A stretch of DNA of 64,000 nt, from contig CAVPZX010000006.1 of the NCBI GenBank assembly GCA_963710375.1, forward strand, positions 32,001-96,000. The letters run 5' to 3'. Numbering within the stretch: position 1 is the stretch's first letter; each line of letters starts with the position of its first letter. A program made the translations under genes and the position numbers. This DNA is from Nitrospirota bacterium (GTDB lineage Bacteria; Nitrospirota; Thermodesulfovibrionia; Thermodesulfovibrionales; Dissulfurispiraceae). Below the pieces are notes generated by a model. The model worked only from the letters and a program-made list of their open reading frames with translations. It made no database searches and was not told where the DNA came from. Positions 38,511 to 48,770 of this stretch are shown one piece after another.

Positions 38511-40412
38511 TCAGTAGATCTCTTTATTGAGCAGAACATCTGTTTTGATATGATTCATCGAATAAACTTCATTTAAATACCTGGTAATATCAATCTGCTG
38601 CTTGCCAATATATGGCTTGAGGTAATTTACAGAATGCTCAACCATCTTTTTATACACACCATCATTGAGGAAATATGACGGAAAATCGACTATGCAGCTA
38701 TTAAGGACCGCATATAACTGTGGGTTGGTAAAATCCAGAAAGTCAAGATGACTGAAGGTCGCAATTATCTGTCCATCAAAGCTGTTCCATAACTTAACAA
38801 AAGCACTCATAAGAAAAGCAGGGAGTTTATTGATATCTTTAAATACCAGGATATCGAAATAGGAAAAATCCTCGACATACCACTGGTTGTCAGAGATATT
38901 GTTGCAAGGCACAACAATAACAGTTTTTGAGTTCATTCCAAAGCCCTCGAAGTTAATTATATTGCCCAGAATAAAGTGCGCGTAAGAAGCATCTTCATAT
39001 CTTAATGCCATTCTATTGAAACTTTTGAAAGTCTTCATGAGATATTCAAACCTGATATCCTTGCCAAAGTAGTTTTCAACAGCAAATGCACCGGCAGGTA
39101 GCGCAGGTTTCGATACGCTGCCCTTAACGGCAAAATCTGTTAAAATGGCCCTGGTCTCATTGACGCATGTATCAAAGAACTCCATGATTTTATTGTTGTC
39201 CATTCCCCTGGCCCTGAGTCTTCTTTCCAGGAAAAGCCCGCTATCTTTGTCTCTGTCCATAATGAACTTAACGGTAAGGAAGGTCAGGTATGCAATATAG
39301 GAAAAGATAAGTCCGTTTTTAGTTAATGATATTTTAATTTTTTCAGAAGGCGAATATTGTGGATTCAGTGTATTATGCGACAGGACATAACCACTATAGA
39401 GTTCCTCAAAAGCCCCCATGCCTTTTTCAAAATAGTATTTGTCTATCAGGATTGGATCTACACCAAATAATGCCTTCTCATACATCAGTGATACTTCCGA
39501 ATATAGCCTGGATGTTGATTTATAATAGTTGTCCAGTATGCCGCTGCTCTCCTTGATCAAAATCTCGACTCCGACCAGCTCACAGGCAAGAAGGGCGCTG
39601 CCTTCACGCTGTATGTCTGAAAAACCAAAGAGACGGCACAAATTTTTGAATACTGCAGATTTCAGAATATTATAAATCTGACAGTCCTTAAACGCGGACA
39701 AGGAATTCTCAGACCTAAAAATTCTCTTATGAACATAGTTCCGTAAAATCTCGCGAAGATTGTCGAGCCCAAGCCTGTTGACAGCAAAGTTGACATTTAA
39801 AGCGCAGACCTCTTTGCCGGCATCTGAACTGATTGCTCTTTCAAGCAATTCATCCTTCAGGAAGCGTTGATTCTGCTTGTTCGCTTTAGTAGTTTCTTCG
39901 TCCTGCTTACCATCTTCTTCAGCCTTTTTCCTTTCTTCTTCTGCTGCCGCCTTGCTCTCTTCTTCCTGCAGAGCGGAGATCTCTTCTATATAGATACCTA
40001 TCTTCCGGAAATTTGTCTCAGGGCTGTCTACCTCCATTAACAGATTTACCATTTTGGACAATATCTCGTCTTTTTTATATTGCTGGATGGATTTGTCCGA
40101 CACACTCATTTGAGGCGGGACGACTGCTTCTTTTGGTTTTTTTAACCTTTTAACAATAAAGTTGGGATCGTTAAAAGCTCCTAATAGTTGCAAGCCGATA
40201 TAATCCTTATCCTCCCAGCGAACATCTGTCTTTATTTCTAAAGTGGAAATCTTGAAGCTCAACGCCGGGGTTTTAGCTGCGAATCCGGGTGCTTTCTTTA
40301 TCTTCAGGCCTTTTCTACTGACCTCAACAATGCTTCCAATTCCCTCAACTGGAATCTCGTCGATAAAATACCTGTCGTGCTTCCTCTGGTTCAGAGGTTT
40401 TATCGTTGCCAT
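38511..40412 (-). CDS. Hypothetical multidomain protein (PilZ-like N-terminus, HDOD-like middle, degenerate AAA+-like C-terminus)
   Basis: QRKHDR...EVSRKG; AVNRLGLDNLREIL; ILVFKDINKLP...QIIATFS; start MATIK after GGAAGGA. Confidence 0.6.
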   Translation of the reverse strand: MATIKPLNQRKHDRYFIDEIPVEGIGSIVEVSRKGLKIKKAPGFAAKTPALSFKISTLEIKTDVRWEDKDYIGLQLLGAFNDPNFIVKRLKKPKEAVVPPQMSVSDKSIQQYKKDEILSKMVNLLMEVDSPETNFRKIGIYIEEISALQEEESKAAAEEERKKAEEDGKQDEETTKANKQNQRFLKDELLERAISSDAGKEVCALNVNFAVNRLGLDNLREILRNYVHKRIFRSENSLSAFKDCQIYNILKSAVFKNLCRLFGFSDIQREGSALLACELVGVEILIKESSGILDNYYKSTSRLYSEVSLMYEKALFGVDPILIDKYYFEKGMGAFEELYSGYVLSHNTLNPQYSPSEKIKISLTKNGLIFSYIAYLTFLTVKFIMDRDKDSGLFLERRLRARGMDNNKIMEFFDTCVNETRAILTDFAVKGSVSKPALPAGAFAVENYFGKDIRFEYLMKTFKSFNRMALRYEDASYAHFILGNIINFEGFGMNSKTVIVVPCNNISDNQWYVEDFSYFDILVFKDINKLPAFLMSAFVKLWNSFDGQIIATFSHLDFLDFTNPQLYAVLNSCIVDFPSYFLNDGVYKKMVEHSVNYLKPYIGKQQIDITRYLNEVYSMNHIKTDVLLNKEIY

Positions 40413-40530
40413 GCCCGGTCCTTCCTGTTGAAGAAAATCATCAGGAACAATTATGTAACAGTCAAGAAAAAAATAGCAATGGCGAAGACAAAAGTGCCGA
40501 AGTCCGGTTGCTGCAGATATCAAAGAGGTC

Positions 40531-41559
40531 CTATCGAATCTTCAGGATCTTGGCGCCGCGAATCTTCCTTTCCTTAAGTTCCAGCAATGCCTTATTTGCA
40601 TCATCAAGCGCGTACTCCTGAATTTCAGGTTTGATGGGAATCTCGGCAGCAAGCGCCAAAAATTCTTCAACATCTTTTCTTGTGATGTTGGCTACGCTCT
40701 TTATCTCCTTCTCCATCCACAAATCACGGGGGTAATCAATATCAAATAGCGATTCCTTGTCCCTCTCCTCTTTACGGATAGCATTGATGACAAGCCGGCC
40801 TCCTTTCTCCAGGCTCCTCAATGCCTTCACAACCGGCTTCCAGGCAGGTGTGGTATCTATAATGGCGGTCAACTTCTCAGGCGGCTCATCTTCGGTATCC
40901 CCGGTCCAGAAAGCCCCTAGTTCCCGGGCAAATTCTCTCTCCTCCGTTGTTCTGGAAAAAACAAAAACCCTGGAGTTAGTATATTTGTATCGCAGAATTT
41001 TCAGGACCAGATGTCCGGAGGCCCCGAATCCTGTAAGCCCTATGTTTTCACCATCTTGCAAACCGGTCAACTTCAGCGAGCGATAGCCGATAGCTCCAGC
41101 GCAAAGAAGCGGGGCAGCCTCTGCATCAGAGAAGATATCGGGTATTCTATATGCAAAATCTTCTGAAACAACAGTGTATTCAGCGTACCCCCCGTTTGAA
41201 TCTCTTCCAGTCGCCATAAATTGAGCACACAAATTTTCGTTGCCTTCGAGGCAGAATTTGCATTTGCCGCAAGCAGAATTTATCCACGCTATTCCTACCC
41301 TTTCTCCAATATCGAACCTTTCTGCCCTACTCCCCGTGCGTTCGACCCTTCCAATAATCTGATGGCCCAAAACTATCGGGAAATGAGGTGGAGCGGTCCT
41401 TCCCTCGATCTCATCAATTTCAGTATGACAAACTCCGCACCGTGTGACTTTTACCAGAATTTCTTTCTCTCCGGCAACGGGCAACGGCATATCGATCAAC
41501 TCAAGGGGTTGACTATTCCTCTCAAAATACGAAACCCTGTTCAGCACCATGGCTTTCAT
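40531..41559 (-). CDS. Zinc-dependent alcohol dehydrogenase family protein
   Basis: CGVCHT, GHQ, CGKCKFC...C, APLLCAG, GFGASG. Confidence 0.93.
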   Translation of the reverse strand: MKAMVLNRVSYFERNSQPLELIDMPLPVAGEKEILVKVTRCGVCHTEIDEIEGRTAPPHFPIVLGHQIIGRVERTGSRAERFDIGERVGIAWINSACGKCKFCLEGNENLCAQFMATGRDSNGGYAEYTVVSEDFAYRIPDIFSDAEAAPLLCAGAIGYRSLKLTGLQDGENIGLTGFGASGHLVLKILRYKYTNSRVFVFSRTTEEREFARELGAFWTGDTEDEPPEKLTAIIDTTPAWKPVVKALRSLEKGGRLVINAIRKEERDKESLFDIDYPRDLWMEKEIKSVANITRKDVEEFLALAAEIPIKPEIQEYALDDANKALLELKERKIRGAKILKIR

Positions 41560-41572
41560 TCGTATTCACCTC

Positions 41573-42130
41573 TTACCGCACTCGCAACAAGACGGCGCGA
41601 CTCCTTTGTATTCTTAAGTCACGTGAAACTTCAAATCCCCGGCTTTGAGCAATGGAAACGGTCTGCTCGAAATCCGGCTTTGATACATGTCCCCTGGGTT
41701 CTGCTACCAACAATTCTCCAGTCTGTTTCATTGTATTGTATATTTCACCAAACAAACGTTCTTTATCAGGCACCTCATGAAGTAACGCAAAGGCCAGCGC
41801 AAAATCGATTTTACCGGCAATGTCACTCACTCCAAGAGAGTTTTGACGACAAATTCGCACGTCAATTCTGTCGGATAATCCGGCTTTTAGAGCTCTCCTA
41901 ACGAGACCTTTAATCATTTTTTCTTGCAGATCCAGACAGACAACTTTCCCTGTTTTGCCCACAAGTTTAGCAAGCGGTAAAGAAAGAAATCCCATGCCGC
42001 AGCCAATATCTAAGACAGTCATGCCTTCCTTAACATAGGGGGCCACAATCTCTTCCGGATTCTGCAAAAGATGTCTCAATGGACTTACCAACAAATAACC
42101 CAACCACCAGGGACAGACTCTGTGACTCAA
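41573..42130 (-). CDS. Class I SAM-dependent methyltransferase
   Basis: (M)SHRVCPWW, VLDIGCGMG, LHEVPD; TTG start at 42130 after GGGGGTG. Confidence 0.85.
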   Translation of the reverse strand: MSHRVCPWWLGYLLVSPLRHLLQNPEEIVAPYVKEGMTVLDIGCGMGFLSLPLAKLVGKTGKVVCLDLQEKMIKGLVRRALKAGLSDRIDVRICRQNSLGVSDIAGKIDFALAFALLHEVPDKERLFGEIYNTMKQTGELLVAEPRGHVSKPDFEQTVSIAQSRGFEVSRDLRIQRSRAVLLRVR

Positions 42131-42145
42131 TTCACACCCCCTTGA

Positions 42146-42325
42146 GGGCTCGCGAATAAATAACTTGCACATTGATGCATCTCAGATTCAGTCCATCTTT
42201 GCCCGGTCCTCAGTCGCAAAATCCTCGACGTAGCTGTGCTACGCCTGCGGTTTTGCTCAGTCGGATCAGCCAAATCTGACCCAAATCTGAGCGCCTGAAT
42301 ATACAAGTTATTTATTCTCGAGCCC
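42146..42325. mobile_element. 180-bp MITE-like element (family A)
   Basis: Imperfect ~43-bp TIRs GGGCTCG(C/A)GAATAAATAACTTG, TGA on both flanks (42143-45 and 42326-28), internal hairpin. Confidence 0.78.
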
Positions 42326-42452
42326 TGAGGACAAGGGTACTCTATCACACTATGTTGAAGAAATCGAGTTCGTGATATCTTTTCCAAGCCCTTAAAGCGG
42401 CAAATAAGTTATAATTAATATTAATTATACTTTTGCTAGGAGGATTCATTTC

Positions 42453-43643
42453 ATGCTTTCTGAGAGAACACAAAGAATTCAGCCGTCGGCAACTCTGGCC
42501 ATGGATGCCAAGGCAAAGTCTATGAAGGCCCGGGGTATCGATGTGCTTAATTTTGGTGTCGGTGAGCCTGATTTCGATACGCCGGACCATGTTAAAGAGG
42601 CCGCTGTCAAAGCGATAAGGGATGGTTTTACAAAATATACCGCGGTTGGCGGCATTGATGAGCTTAAGGAGGCGATCACAAAAAAGCTTGCCGTCGATAA
42701 TAATCTTGACTATACCAAGGAAGAGGTTATCGTCTCGTGCGGGGCAAAACACAGCCTGTATAATATTGCGCAGGCACTGTTTAATCCCGGGGATGAGGTT
42801 ATAATACCTGTTCCATACTGGGTATCCTATCCTGATCAGGCGCTTCTTAATGACGCTGACCCAGTATTTGTCCCCACATATGAGGGGGACAATTTCATGC
42901 TGCGCCCCGGGGAGCTTGAATCGAAAATAACAGGCAGGACTAAGGCGCTTATACTCAATTCTCCTTCGAATCCGACAGGGTCTGCTTATGATCAGAAAGC
43001 GCTTGAGGAGATTGCCGGGATAGCGGTTAAACGGAACATCTTCGTCATTTCTGACGAAATCTACGAGAAACTTGTATATGACGGCATACGGCATGTGAGC
43101 ATAGCCTCATTGGGCAGCGAGATAAAAAAAAGGACCATTGTTGTTAACGGGCTTTCCAAATCTCATGCCATGACCGGCTGGAGGATAGGATACGCTGCCG
43201 GGCCAAGGGAAATTATTAAGGCCATGACCAACATACAGAGTCAGTCCACCTCAAATCCTACTTCTATATCACAGAAGGCTGCTGTGGCGGCCCTTACAGG
43301 GCCCCAGGACTTCACATCCGTTATGCGTACCGAATTCGACAGGAGGAGAAAAGTCCTTGTCGGCGGTCTGAATGCCATTGAGGGTATTAGCTGTCTGAAT
43401 CCCAAAGGCGCTTTTTATGCGTTCCCGAACGTTTCAAAGTTTTACGGGAAGGGTGTGGGGACAAGATGGATAAATTCATCGCTCGATATGGCGACTTATC
43501 TGCTGGAAGAGGCGAATATTGCCCTGGTTCATGGTGAAGCATTTGGTGATGATAAGTATATCCGGATATCATATGCGACATCAATGGATATCATAAAACA
43601 GGGACTTGAGCGCATGATGGATGCTTTATCGAAACTGAAGTAG
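42453..43643 (+). CDS. aspC: Aspartate aminotransferase (PLP class I)
   Basis: GEPDF, NSPSNPTG, SDEIY, SKSHAMTGWRIG. Confidence 0.9.
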   Translation: MLSERTQRIQPSATLAMDAKAKSMKARGIDVLNFGVGEPDFDTPDHVKEAAVKAIRDGFTKYTAVGGIDELKEAITKKLAVDNNLDYTKEEVIVSCGAKHSLYNIAQALFNPGDEVIIPVPYWVSYPDQALLNDADPVFVPTYEGDNFMLRPGELESKITGRTKALILNSPSNPTGSAYDQKALEEIAGIAVKRNIFVISDEIYEKLVYDGIRHVSIASLGSEIKKRTIVVNGLSKSHAMTGWRIGYAAGPREIIKAMTNIQSQSTSNPTSISQKAAVAALTGPQDFTSVMRTEFDRRRKVLVGGLNAIEGISCLNPKGAFYAFPNVSKFYGKGVGTRWINSSLDMATYLLEEANIALVHGEAFGDDKYIRISYATSMDIIKQGLERMMDALSKLK

Positions 43644-43644
43644 C

Positions 43645-44535
43645 ATGGTGATGGATAAGTTCCGTTCAGGATATGTATCCCTAACCGGCAGGCCGAATGT
43701 CGGCAAATCCACTCTGCTCAACGCCATTCTCGGAGAAAAGGTTTCCATTGTAACACCTAAACCCCAGACAACCCGGAACCGGCTTATAGGGATAAAAACG
43801 CTGCCTGATGCCCAGATAATCTTTGTTGATACCCCTGGAATCCACAAGCCAAAGCACAAACTTGGAGAGATTATTGTGAGGGAGGCCCGCGGGGCGGCTG
43901 CTGAGGTAGATCTTATTGTGTTTATTGCAGAGCCTGATCTGCCAGGCCCTGGCGATAAATTTATAATAAAGATGTTGCATGACCTGGGGAAGCCGACCTT
44001 ACTCGTCATAAATAAGATTGATACGAAGAAGAAGCTGCAGGTGCTTCCTGTGATCGAGGCTTACAGCAGTCTTTATCCCTTCAGGGAAATAATCCCTGTC
44101 TCAGCACTCAAGGGGGACGGGGTCAACATTCTTCTGAACAATGTCGTGCAGTATCTCCCCGAGGGACCGAAATACTATCCGGATGACATTGTGACTGATC
44201 AGATAGAACGGTTTATGGTCGCTGAGGTGGTCAGGGAAAAGGTCATGCAGCAGACCGAGGAAGAGATTCCACATTCAACAGCTACCGAAGTTTTACAATG
44301 GTCCGAGCGGAAAGACGGCGTTATTTTTATCACCGTTAATATTTATGTTGAAAGAAAGGGGCAAAAGGGTATAATAATAGGAAAAGAAGGCGCCAGATTA
44401 AAGGCCATTGGAACAGCTGCGCGCATCGAAATAGAGCAATTGTTGGGAACAAAAGTCTTTTTGGAGTTGTGGGTCAAGGTCAGGAAAGATTGGCGCAGTA
44501 ATAACCTTATGTTGAGTGAATTGGGGTTTAAATAA
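43645..44535 (+). CDS. era: GTPase Era
   Basis: GRPNVGKS, PQTTR, DTPG, NKID, KH-domain QKGIIIGK. Confidence 0.97.
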   Translation: MVMDKFRSGYVSLTGRPNVGKSTLLNAILGEKVSIVTPKPQTTRNRLIGIKTLPDAQIIFVDTPGIHKPKHKLGEIIVREARGAAAEVDLIVFIAEPDLPGPGDKFIIKMLHDLGKPTLLVINKIDTKKKLQVLPVIEAYSSLYPFREIIPVSALKGDGVNILLNNVVQYLPEGPKYYPDDIVTDQIERFMVAEVVREKVMQQTEEEIPHSTATEVLQWSERKDGVIFITVNIYVERKGQKGIIIGKEGARLKAIGTAARIEIEQLLGTKVFLELWVKVRKDWRSNNLMLSELGFK

Positions 44536-44987
44536 TGTTTATTCAGATGAAGGTTGAGGGTCTTCTTTTTGATCCTCGGAGCGGTATGTATATCCTGCTC
44601 CTGCAGCAAGTGGATGGTAATGAAACGCTTCCTATCTGGATCGGAAAGCCTGAGGCCGATGCGATAGCTCTTGCCCTTGGTAAGGTCATTACCCCAAGGC
44701 CGCTCACACATGATCTGATTAAAAATGTTTTTGACGGGCTGAATTCCAAGGTAACGAGAATTGTCATTACCGAAATTGTCGATAACACCTATTATGCCCT
44801 GATATATGCAGATAACGGCAAAAAAGAGGTCTCAATTGACTCGCGACCGTCTGATGCAGTTGCTGTTGCGCTCAGAGTGCAGGCACCTATTTTCATTGAA
44901 GAGCGTGTGCTTGAGGTCCGAAGGGCTGACGAGCTTGAGGAATGGCTTAAGAATCTCAGGCCGGAAGATTTCGGCAATATTATGTAA
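44535..44987 (+). CDS. Bifunctional nuclease (DUF151)
   Basis: LPIWIG, RPLTHDL, DSRPSDA. Confidence 0.92.
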   Translation: MFIQMKVEGLLFDPRSGMYILLLQQVDGNETLPIWIGKPEADAIALALGKVITPRPLTHDLIKNVFDGLNSKVTRIVITEIVDNTYYALIYADNGKKEVSIDSRPSDAVAVALRVQAPIFIEERVLEVRRADELEEWLKNLRPEDFGNIM

Positions 44988-44990
44988 TGC

Positions 44991-45107
44991 AGGCAATAGG
45001 CAATAGGTGATAGGAAAAGAAAAAAATTCTCGTTCTGTTTTGTCTGCTCTTTATCTTATGCATTTGTTTTTTTCCCATAACCTATTGCCTATCGCCTATC
45101 GCCTATT
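44991..45107. repeat. Heptamer-repeat hairpin (GGCAATA / TATCGCC type)
   Basis: aggcaataggcaataggtgatagg...cccataacctattgcctatcgcctatcgcctatt. Confidence 0.8.
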
Positions 45108-45115
45108 TTTTTAAA

Positions 45116-45883
45116 ATGCTAAAGCGAACTTATGGCATCGTTCTCAAGAATAGTGTTTTCGGGGAAGCCGACCTCATTGTTACCTATCTGACTCCCAATT
45201 ATGGATTGTTAAAGGCCTTTGCGAAGAGCCCGCGAAAAGTCAGGAGCAGATTCGGCAGCAGTCTTGAACCACTTACCTATGCTAGGATTTCGTTCTTCGG
45301 CAAAGAAGAAGCCAGTCTCCCGCGGTTGACTCAGTCTGATATTATAAAACCATTTCATGTATTGCGCTGCGATTTTAAACGTCTGCTTAATGTATCCGAG
45401 ATACTGGAACTGTGCCTCAATTTTCTCCCTGAAAGGGAGCCTGCCCCTGAGATTTTCAAGCTTCTCCTGCATATGATGACAATGCTGGAATCCAATGCCG
45501 ACAACAAACTCTTTTATCTTTTTTATAAAATGAGGTTGCTGCAGTCAGCTGGCTACGCGCCGAGGCTGGCTGCATGCGGAAAATGCGGCGCACACACCTG
45601 TTCACTGAAAAGTCGGGAGACTTTTGAGGGTGAATATCATAATTTTTATGTGCCCCATGGTACGGTTATTTGCAGTCGTTGTTTTACCGGCGAAGGCAAG
45701 TTCGTTCGCCTTTCGCGCAGCGCCCTGAGATTTCACGAGAGCCTTCTTAAGTGGGACCCCTCAGCCATTGACAGGGTCAATGCACCGGGACATCTTGTGG
45801 AAGAACTCATGGACATAATCGATGCTCATATCAGTTATGTGCTCGGCCCTTCTCGGTTTGCCGGAAAAACGCGCACTCTTTAA
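45116..45883 (+). CDS. recO: DNA repair protein RecO
   Basis: GEADLIV, AKSPRKVRSRFGSSLEP, CGKCG...CSRC zinc finger. Confidence 0.93.
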   Translation: MLKRTYGIVLKNSVFGEADLIVTYLTPNYGLLKAFAKSPRKVRSRFGSSLEPLTYARISFFGKEEASLPRLTQSDIIKPFHVLRCDFKRLLNVSEILELCLNFLPEREPAPEIFKLLLHMMTMLESNADNKLFYLFYKMRLLQSAGYAPRLAACGKCGAHTCSLKSRETFEGEYHNFYVPHGTVICSRCFTGEGKFVRLSRSALRFHESLLKWDPSAIDRVNAPGHLVEELMDIIDAHISYVLGPSRFAGKTRTL

Positions 45884-46686
45884 AAGGCAACTGCTTTGAA
45901 AAACGTATAACAGAAAACTCCATCCGGTTCTGTTGCCCGATAAAGGTCCCGGATGCCTTTGTCGAAGGAGTTTTTATCAATTAACCCCGCTGCAAGTGCC
46001 GATTCACGTACCCCCTCGATCATGGCGGTAAAGGTTTTTTTTGTGAAGCCTTCAACGAGTTCGGGTTTGCCGGCATCAACATAAACCAATCGGGGAGATA
46101 CATGTATTGTCCCGAAGCCGGCCTCGTGCAGGAGTGGGTACAGTTCTCTGCCGATATTTGCGTTTCCGCCGGATCGTTTTTGCAGCTCAACCTGGCAACT
46201 AATGGCCTTATGAGCCGACTCACTATCAGGGAAGAAATATGCTGAACCGTGATCACCTTCTATCACGGTCATTGACCCGCCAATCTTCAAATGGCTTTTC
46301 AGAATCTTTAATGCCTCGACTGGCCGGGGCAGATGTTCGAGAACAAAACAGACAAAAACATGGTCGAATGAATTTGGCTCGAAGGGTAGATGGAAAATGT
46401 CACCTTGATCAAATATGACGTTAGTGATCCCTGCAGCCTCAGCATTCAACCTGGCAGTGAGGATTGAGTTTTCAGATACATCAACAGAAGTGAACAGTGC
46501 TTCCGGGCTATTTCCGGCAAGAGTTAATGTTTGTGCTCCTACGCCACAGCCTGCCTCCAAAATCTTGCTGCCTGCCGGGTAAATAGTGTCTGAGTGCAGC
46601 AACTCCACCAGTGTTGAAGCTTGATCCTGAAGACGGATATTTTCTTTAAGATCGTAGCCATGTACATATGAGTTTTTCAGTTCCAT
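45880..46686 (-). CDS. Class I SAM-dependent methyltransferase (start codon uncertain)
   Basis: YVHGY...RLQDQA, LEAGCGVG, CFVLEHL, IEGDHGS. Confidence 0.85.
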   Translation of the reverse strand: MELKNSYVHGYDLKENIRLQDQASTLVELLHSDTIYPAGSKILEAGCGVGAQTLTLAGNSPEALFTSVDVSENSILTARLNAEAAGITNVIFDQGDIFHLPFEPNSFDHVFVCFVLEHLPRPVEALKILKSHLKIGGSMTVIEGDHGSAYFFPDSESAHKAISCQVELQKRSGGNANIGRELYPLLHEAGFGTIHVSPRLVYVDAGKPELVEGFTKKTFTAMIEGVRESALAAGLIDKNSFDKGIRDLYRATEPDGVFCYTFFKAVAF

Positions 46687-46932
46687 CTCCTTCATAGCCG
46701 GAAAACGCTTTGAGCTGCGACTCTTCGTCGCTCTCATGTCTGCAAATTCTATCATACCACTTGTTAATTCTTTTTTCGTTTTTTTGACTGTGATCTGCGT
46801 AAAAGGGTAAAATATATATCATAATAAAATGCAATTAACAGGAAAGAGTTTAACAAGAAAATGAGTCAAGATGATAGCTGAACCGCTCATTCTTCAACGA
46901 AACCGGGGTCTTCAATTGACGATGCCTCCGCT

Positions 46933-48768
46933 ATGAAATTAAAAGCCAAATTCACACTAATCGTCTGTTGCCTTGTTATTACTATTCTTGTACTAACTGC
47001 GTTCTTCGCCTTTTCTCACTACAAAAAATCCATCAAAGAAGCTATCGCTAAGCAACAATTCCTCACGATCTCCGCACTTGCAGATGAAATTGACACTAAA
47101 CTTTTGACCGCTCAACAGGATCTTATCTTGATTGCAAAGGCCACTCCTCCTAACATAATGCAAAATACTGAAAAGGCGCAGGCCTTCCTTGACAACAGGC
47201 CGATTATGCACACAATATTTGACAATCATCTTTTTTTATTCACGCCATCAGGCAAAATATTCGTTGAATCACCGTATATTCCGGGCAGAAGGGGACTGGA
47301 CCTTTCTTTCCGCGAGTACATAATAAACACCCTTAAGACAAAAAAAAACTATATCTCTGATCCGTATGTGTCCTCGCAGCCGCATAAACATCCGGTCATC
47401 ATGCTCACAGTGCCGCTTTTTGACCACAAAGGCAAAATAACGGGCATATTAACCGGGAGCATCGATCTTATGAGAGATAACTTCCTGGGGAGACTAAGCG
47501 CTGTAAAAATAGGTAGAGAAGGTTATCTCTATCTGACTACTACTGACAGGACCTTGATTATGCATCCTGACAAGAAAAGGATACTGACAAAACAAGCTAC
47601 AGGCTTAAACAGGCTTTACGATGAGGCCATAGAGGGATTTGAGGGCACTGACGAAACCGTAACGTCATACGGTATAAAAATGGTTTCTTCTTTCAAGCGG
47701 CTGAAGGCAAAAAACTGGATCCTGGGTGCAAACTATCCTCAAGCTGAAGCATATAGTCCTATCCGGCAGGCGGAACACTATTTTTTAATCGCCACTATTG
47801 CAGGGATCATAGCGGTATTTTTTATCATTTCCTTCATCATAAAATATTTGACAAAGCCTCTTGAACTTTTCACCCGTCACGTTCAGGACCTTCCACAAAA
47901 AACAGGGGACGACAGATTCCTGAAAATAGAGACAAAAGATGAGATAGGAACGCTTTCCCTGGCATTCAATAAGATGGTGACCGAGATTGACAAGAGGTCG
48001 GAACTGGAACGGAGTAAGGAAGCGCTAAAGGAAGCGCATGACGAATTGGAGCTTCGGATAGAGGAACGCACAGCCGCATTAAACGCAGCCAATACGGCAT
48101 TAACAGTCGAGATCAGCGTGCGCAAGAAGGCCGAACAGCAGATAAAGCAGTCCCTGAAAGAGAAAGAAACACTTCTGAGGGAAATCCATCACCGGGTAAA
48201 GAACAACATGGCGGTAGTGTCAAGCCTCCTTTCTTTAGAGGCAAAAAAAATAAAGGATGCCACTGTGAGAGCCCTATTCGAAGAAAGCCAGCAGAGGATC
48301 AGGTCCATAGCCCTTGTTCATGAAAGGCTCTATCAGACAAAGGACCTATCAGCCATTAATTTTGAAGGCTACATCAAGTCAATAATTGCGGAGATAATCA
48401 GCCTGTACCGCATTGATACGAGCGCGATCACTACGGAAATCAACATTGGGGGTATTGAACTCGATCTGGAATCAGCCGTACCGTGCGGCCTGATAATCAA
48501 CGAACTCCTCACAAATGCCTTCAAACACGCTTTCCCTAATAATGGAGGTGGGTTAATAAGCATCAATTTTGCAGAGACTGACGGCGCCCACACACTGACA
48601 ATCAAAGACAACGGTGTCGGCCTGCCGGAAGGGTTTGATTATAAAGAGGCAAACACCCTGGGTCTTCAGCTTGTCAAAGTTTTAACGAGACAGCTTAAGG
48701 GAACTCTCCAAATCAAATCTGTTAAAGGAACAGAAGCCATAGTTTCGTTTAAAACCGAGAGGGATTAA
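46933..48768 (+). CDS. Sensor kinase (dCache-HAMP-HisKA_2-HATPase)
   Basis: Two TM segments, EIHHRVKNN, NELLTNAFKHAF, DNGVG, LGLQLV. Confidence 0.92.
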   Translation: MKLKAKFTLIVCCLVITILVLTAFFAFSHYKKSIKEAIAKQQFLTISALADEIDTKLLTAQQDLILIAKATPPNIMQNTEKAQAFLDNRPIMHTIFDNHLFLFTPSGKIFVESPYIPGRRGLDLSFREYIINTLKTKKNYISDPYVSSQPHKHPVIMLTVPLFDHKGKITGILTGSIDLMRDNFLGRLSAVKIGREGYLYLTTTDRTLIMHPDKKRILTKQATGLNRLYDEAIEGFEGTDETVTSYGIKMVSSFKRLKAKNWILGANYPQAEAYSPIRQAEHYFLIATIAGIIAVFFIISFIIKYLTKPLELFTRHVQDLPQKTGDDRFLKIETKDEIGTLSLAFNKMVTEIDKRSELERSKEALKEAHDELELRIEERTAALNAANTALTVEISVRKKAEQQIKQSLKEKETLLREIHHRVKNNMAVVSSLLSLEAKKIKDATVRALFEESQQRIRSIALVHERLYQTKDLSAINFEGYIKSIIAEIISLYRIDTSAITTEINIGGIELDLESAVPCGLIINELLTNAFKHAFPNNGGGLISINFAETDGAHTLTIKDNGVGLPEGFDYKEANTLGLQLVKVLTRQLKGTLQIKSVKGTEAIVSFKTERD

Positions 48769-48770
48769 AC

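Noticed and set aside
42127..42387. ORF 42127-42387 and the MCKLFIREP extension of the methyltransferase
   Set aside because: Both derive from element A sequence; the same peptides appear at 1742-1818
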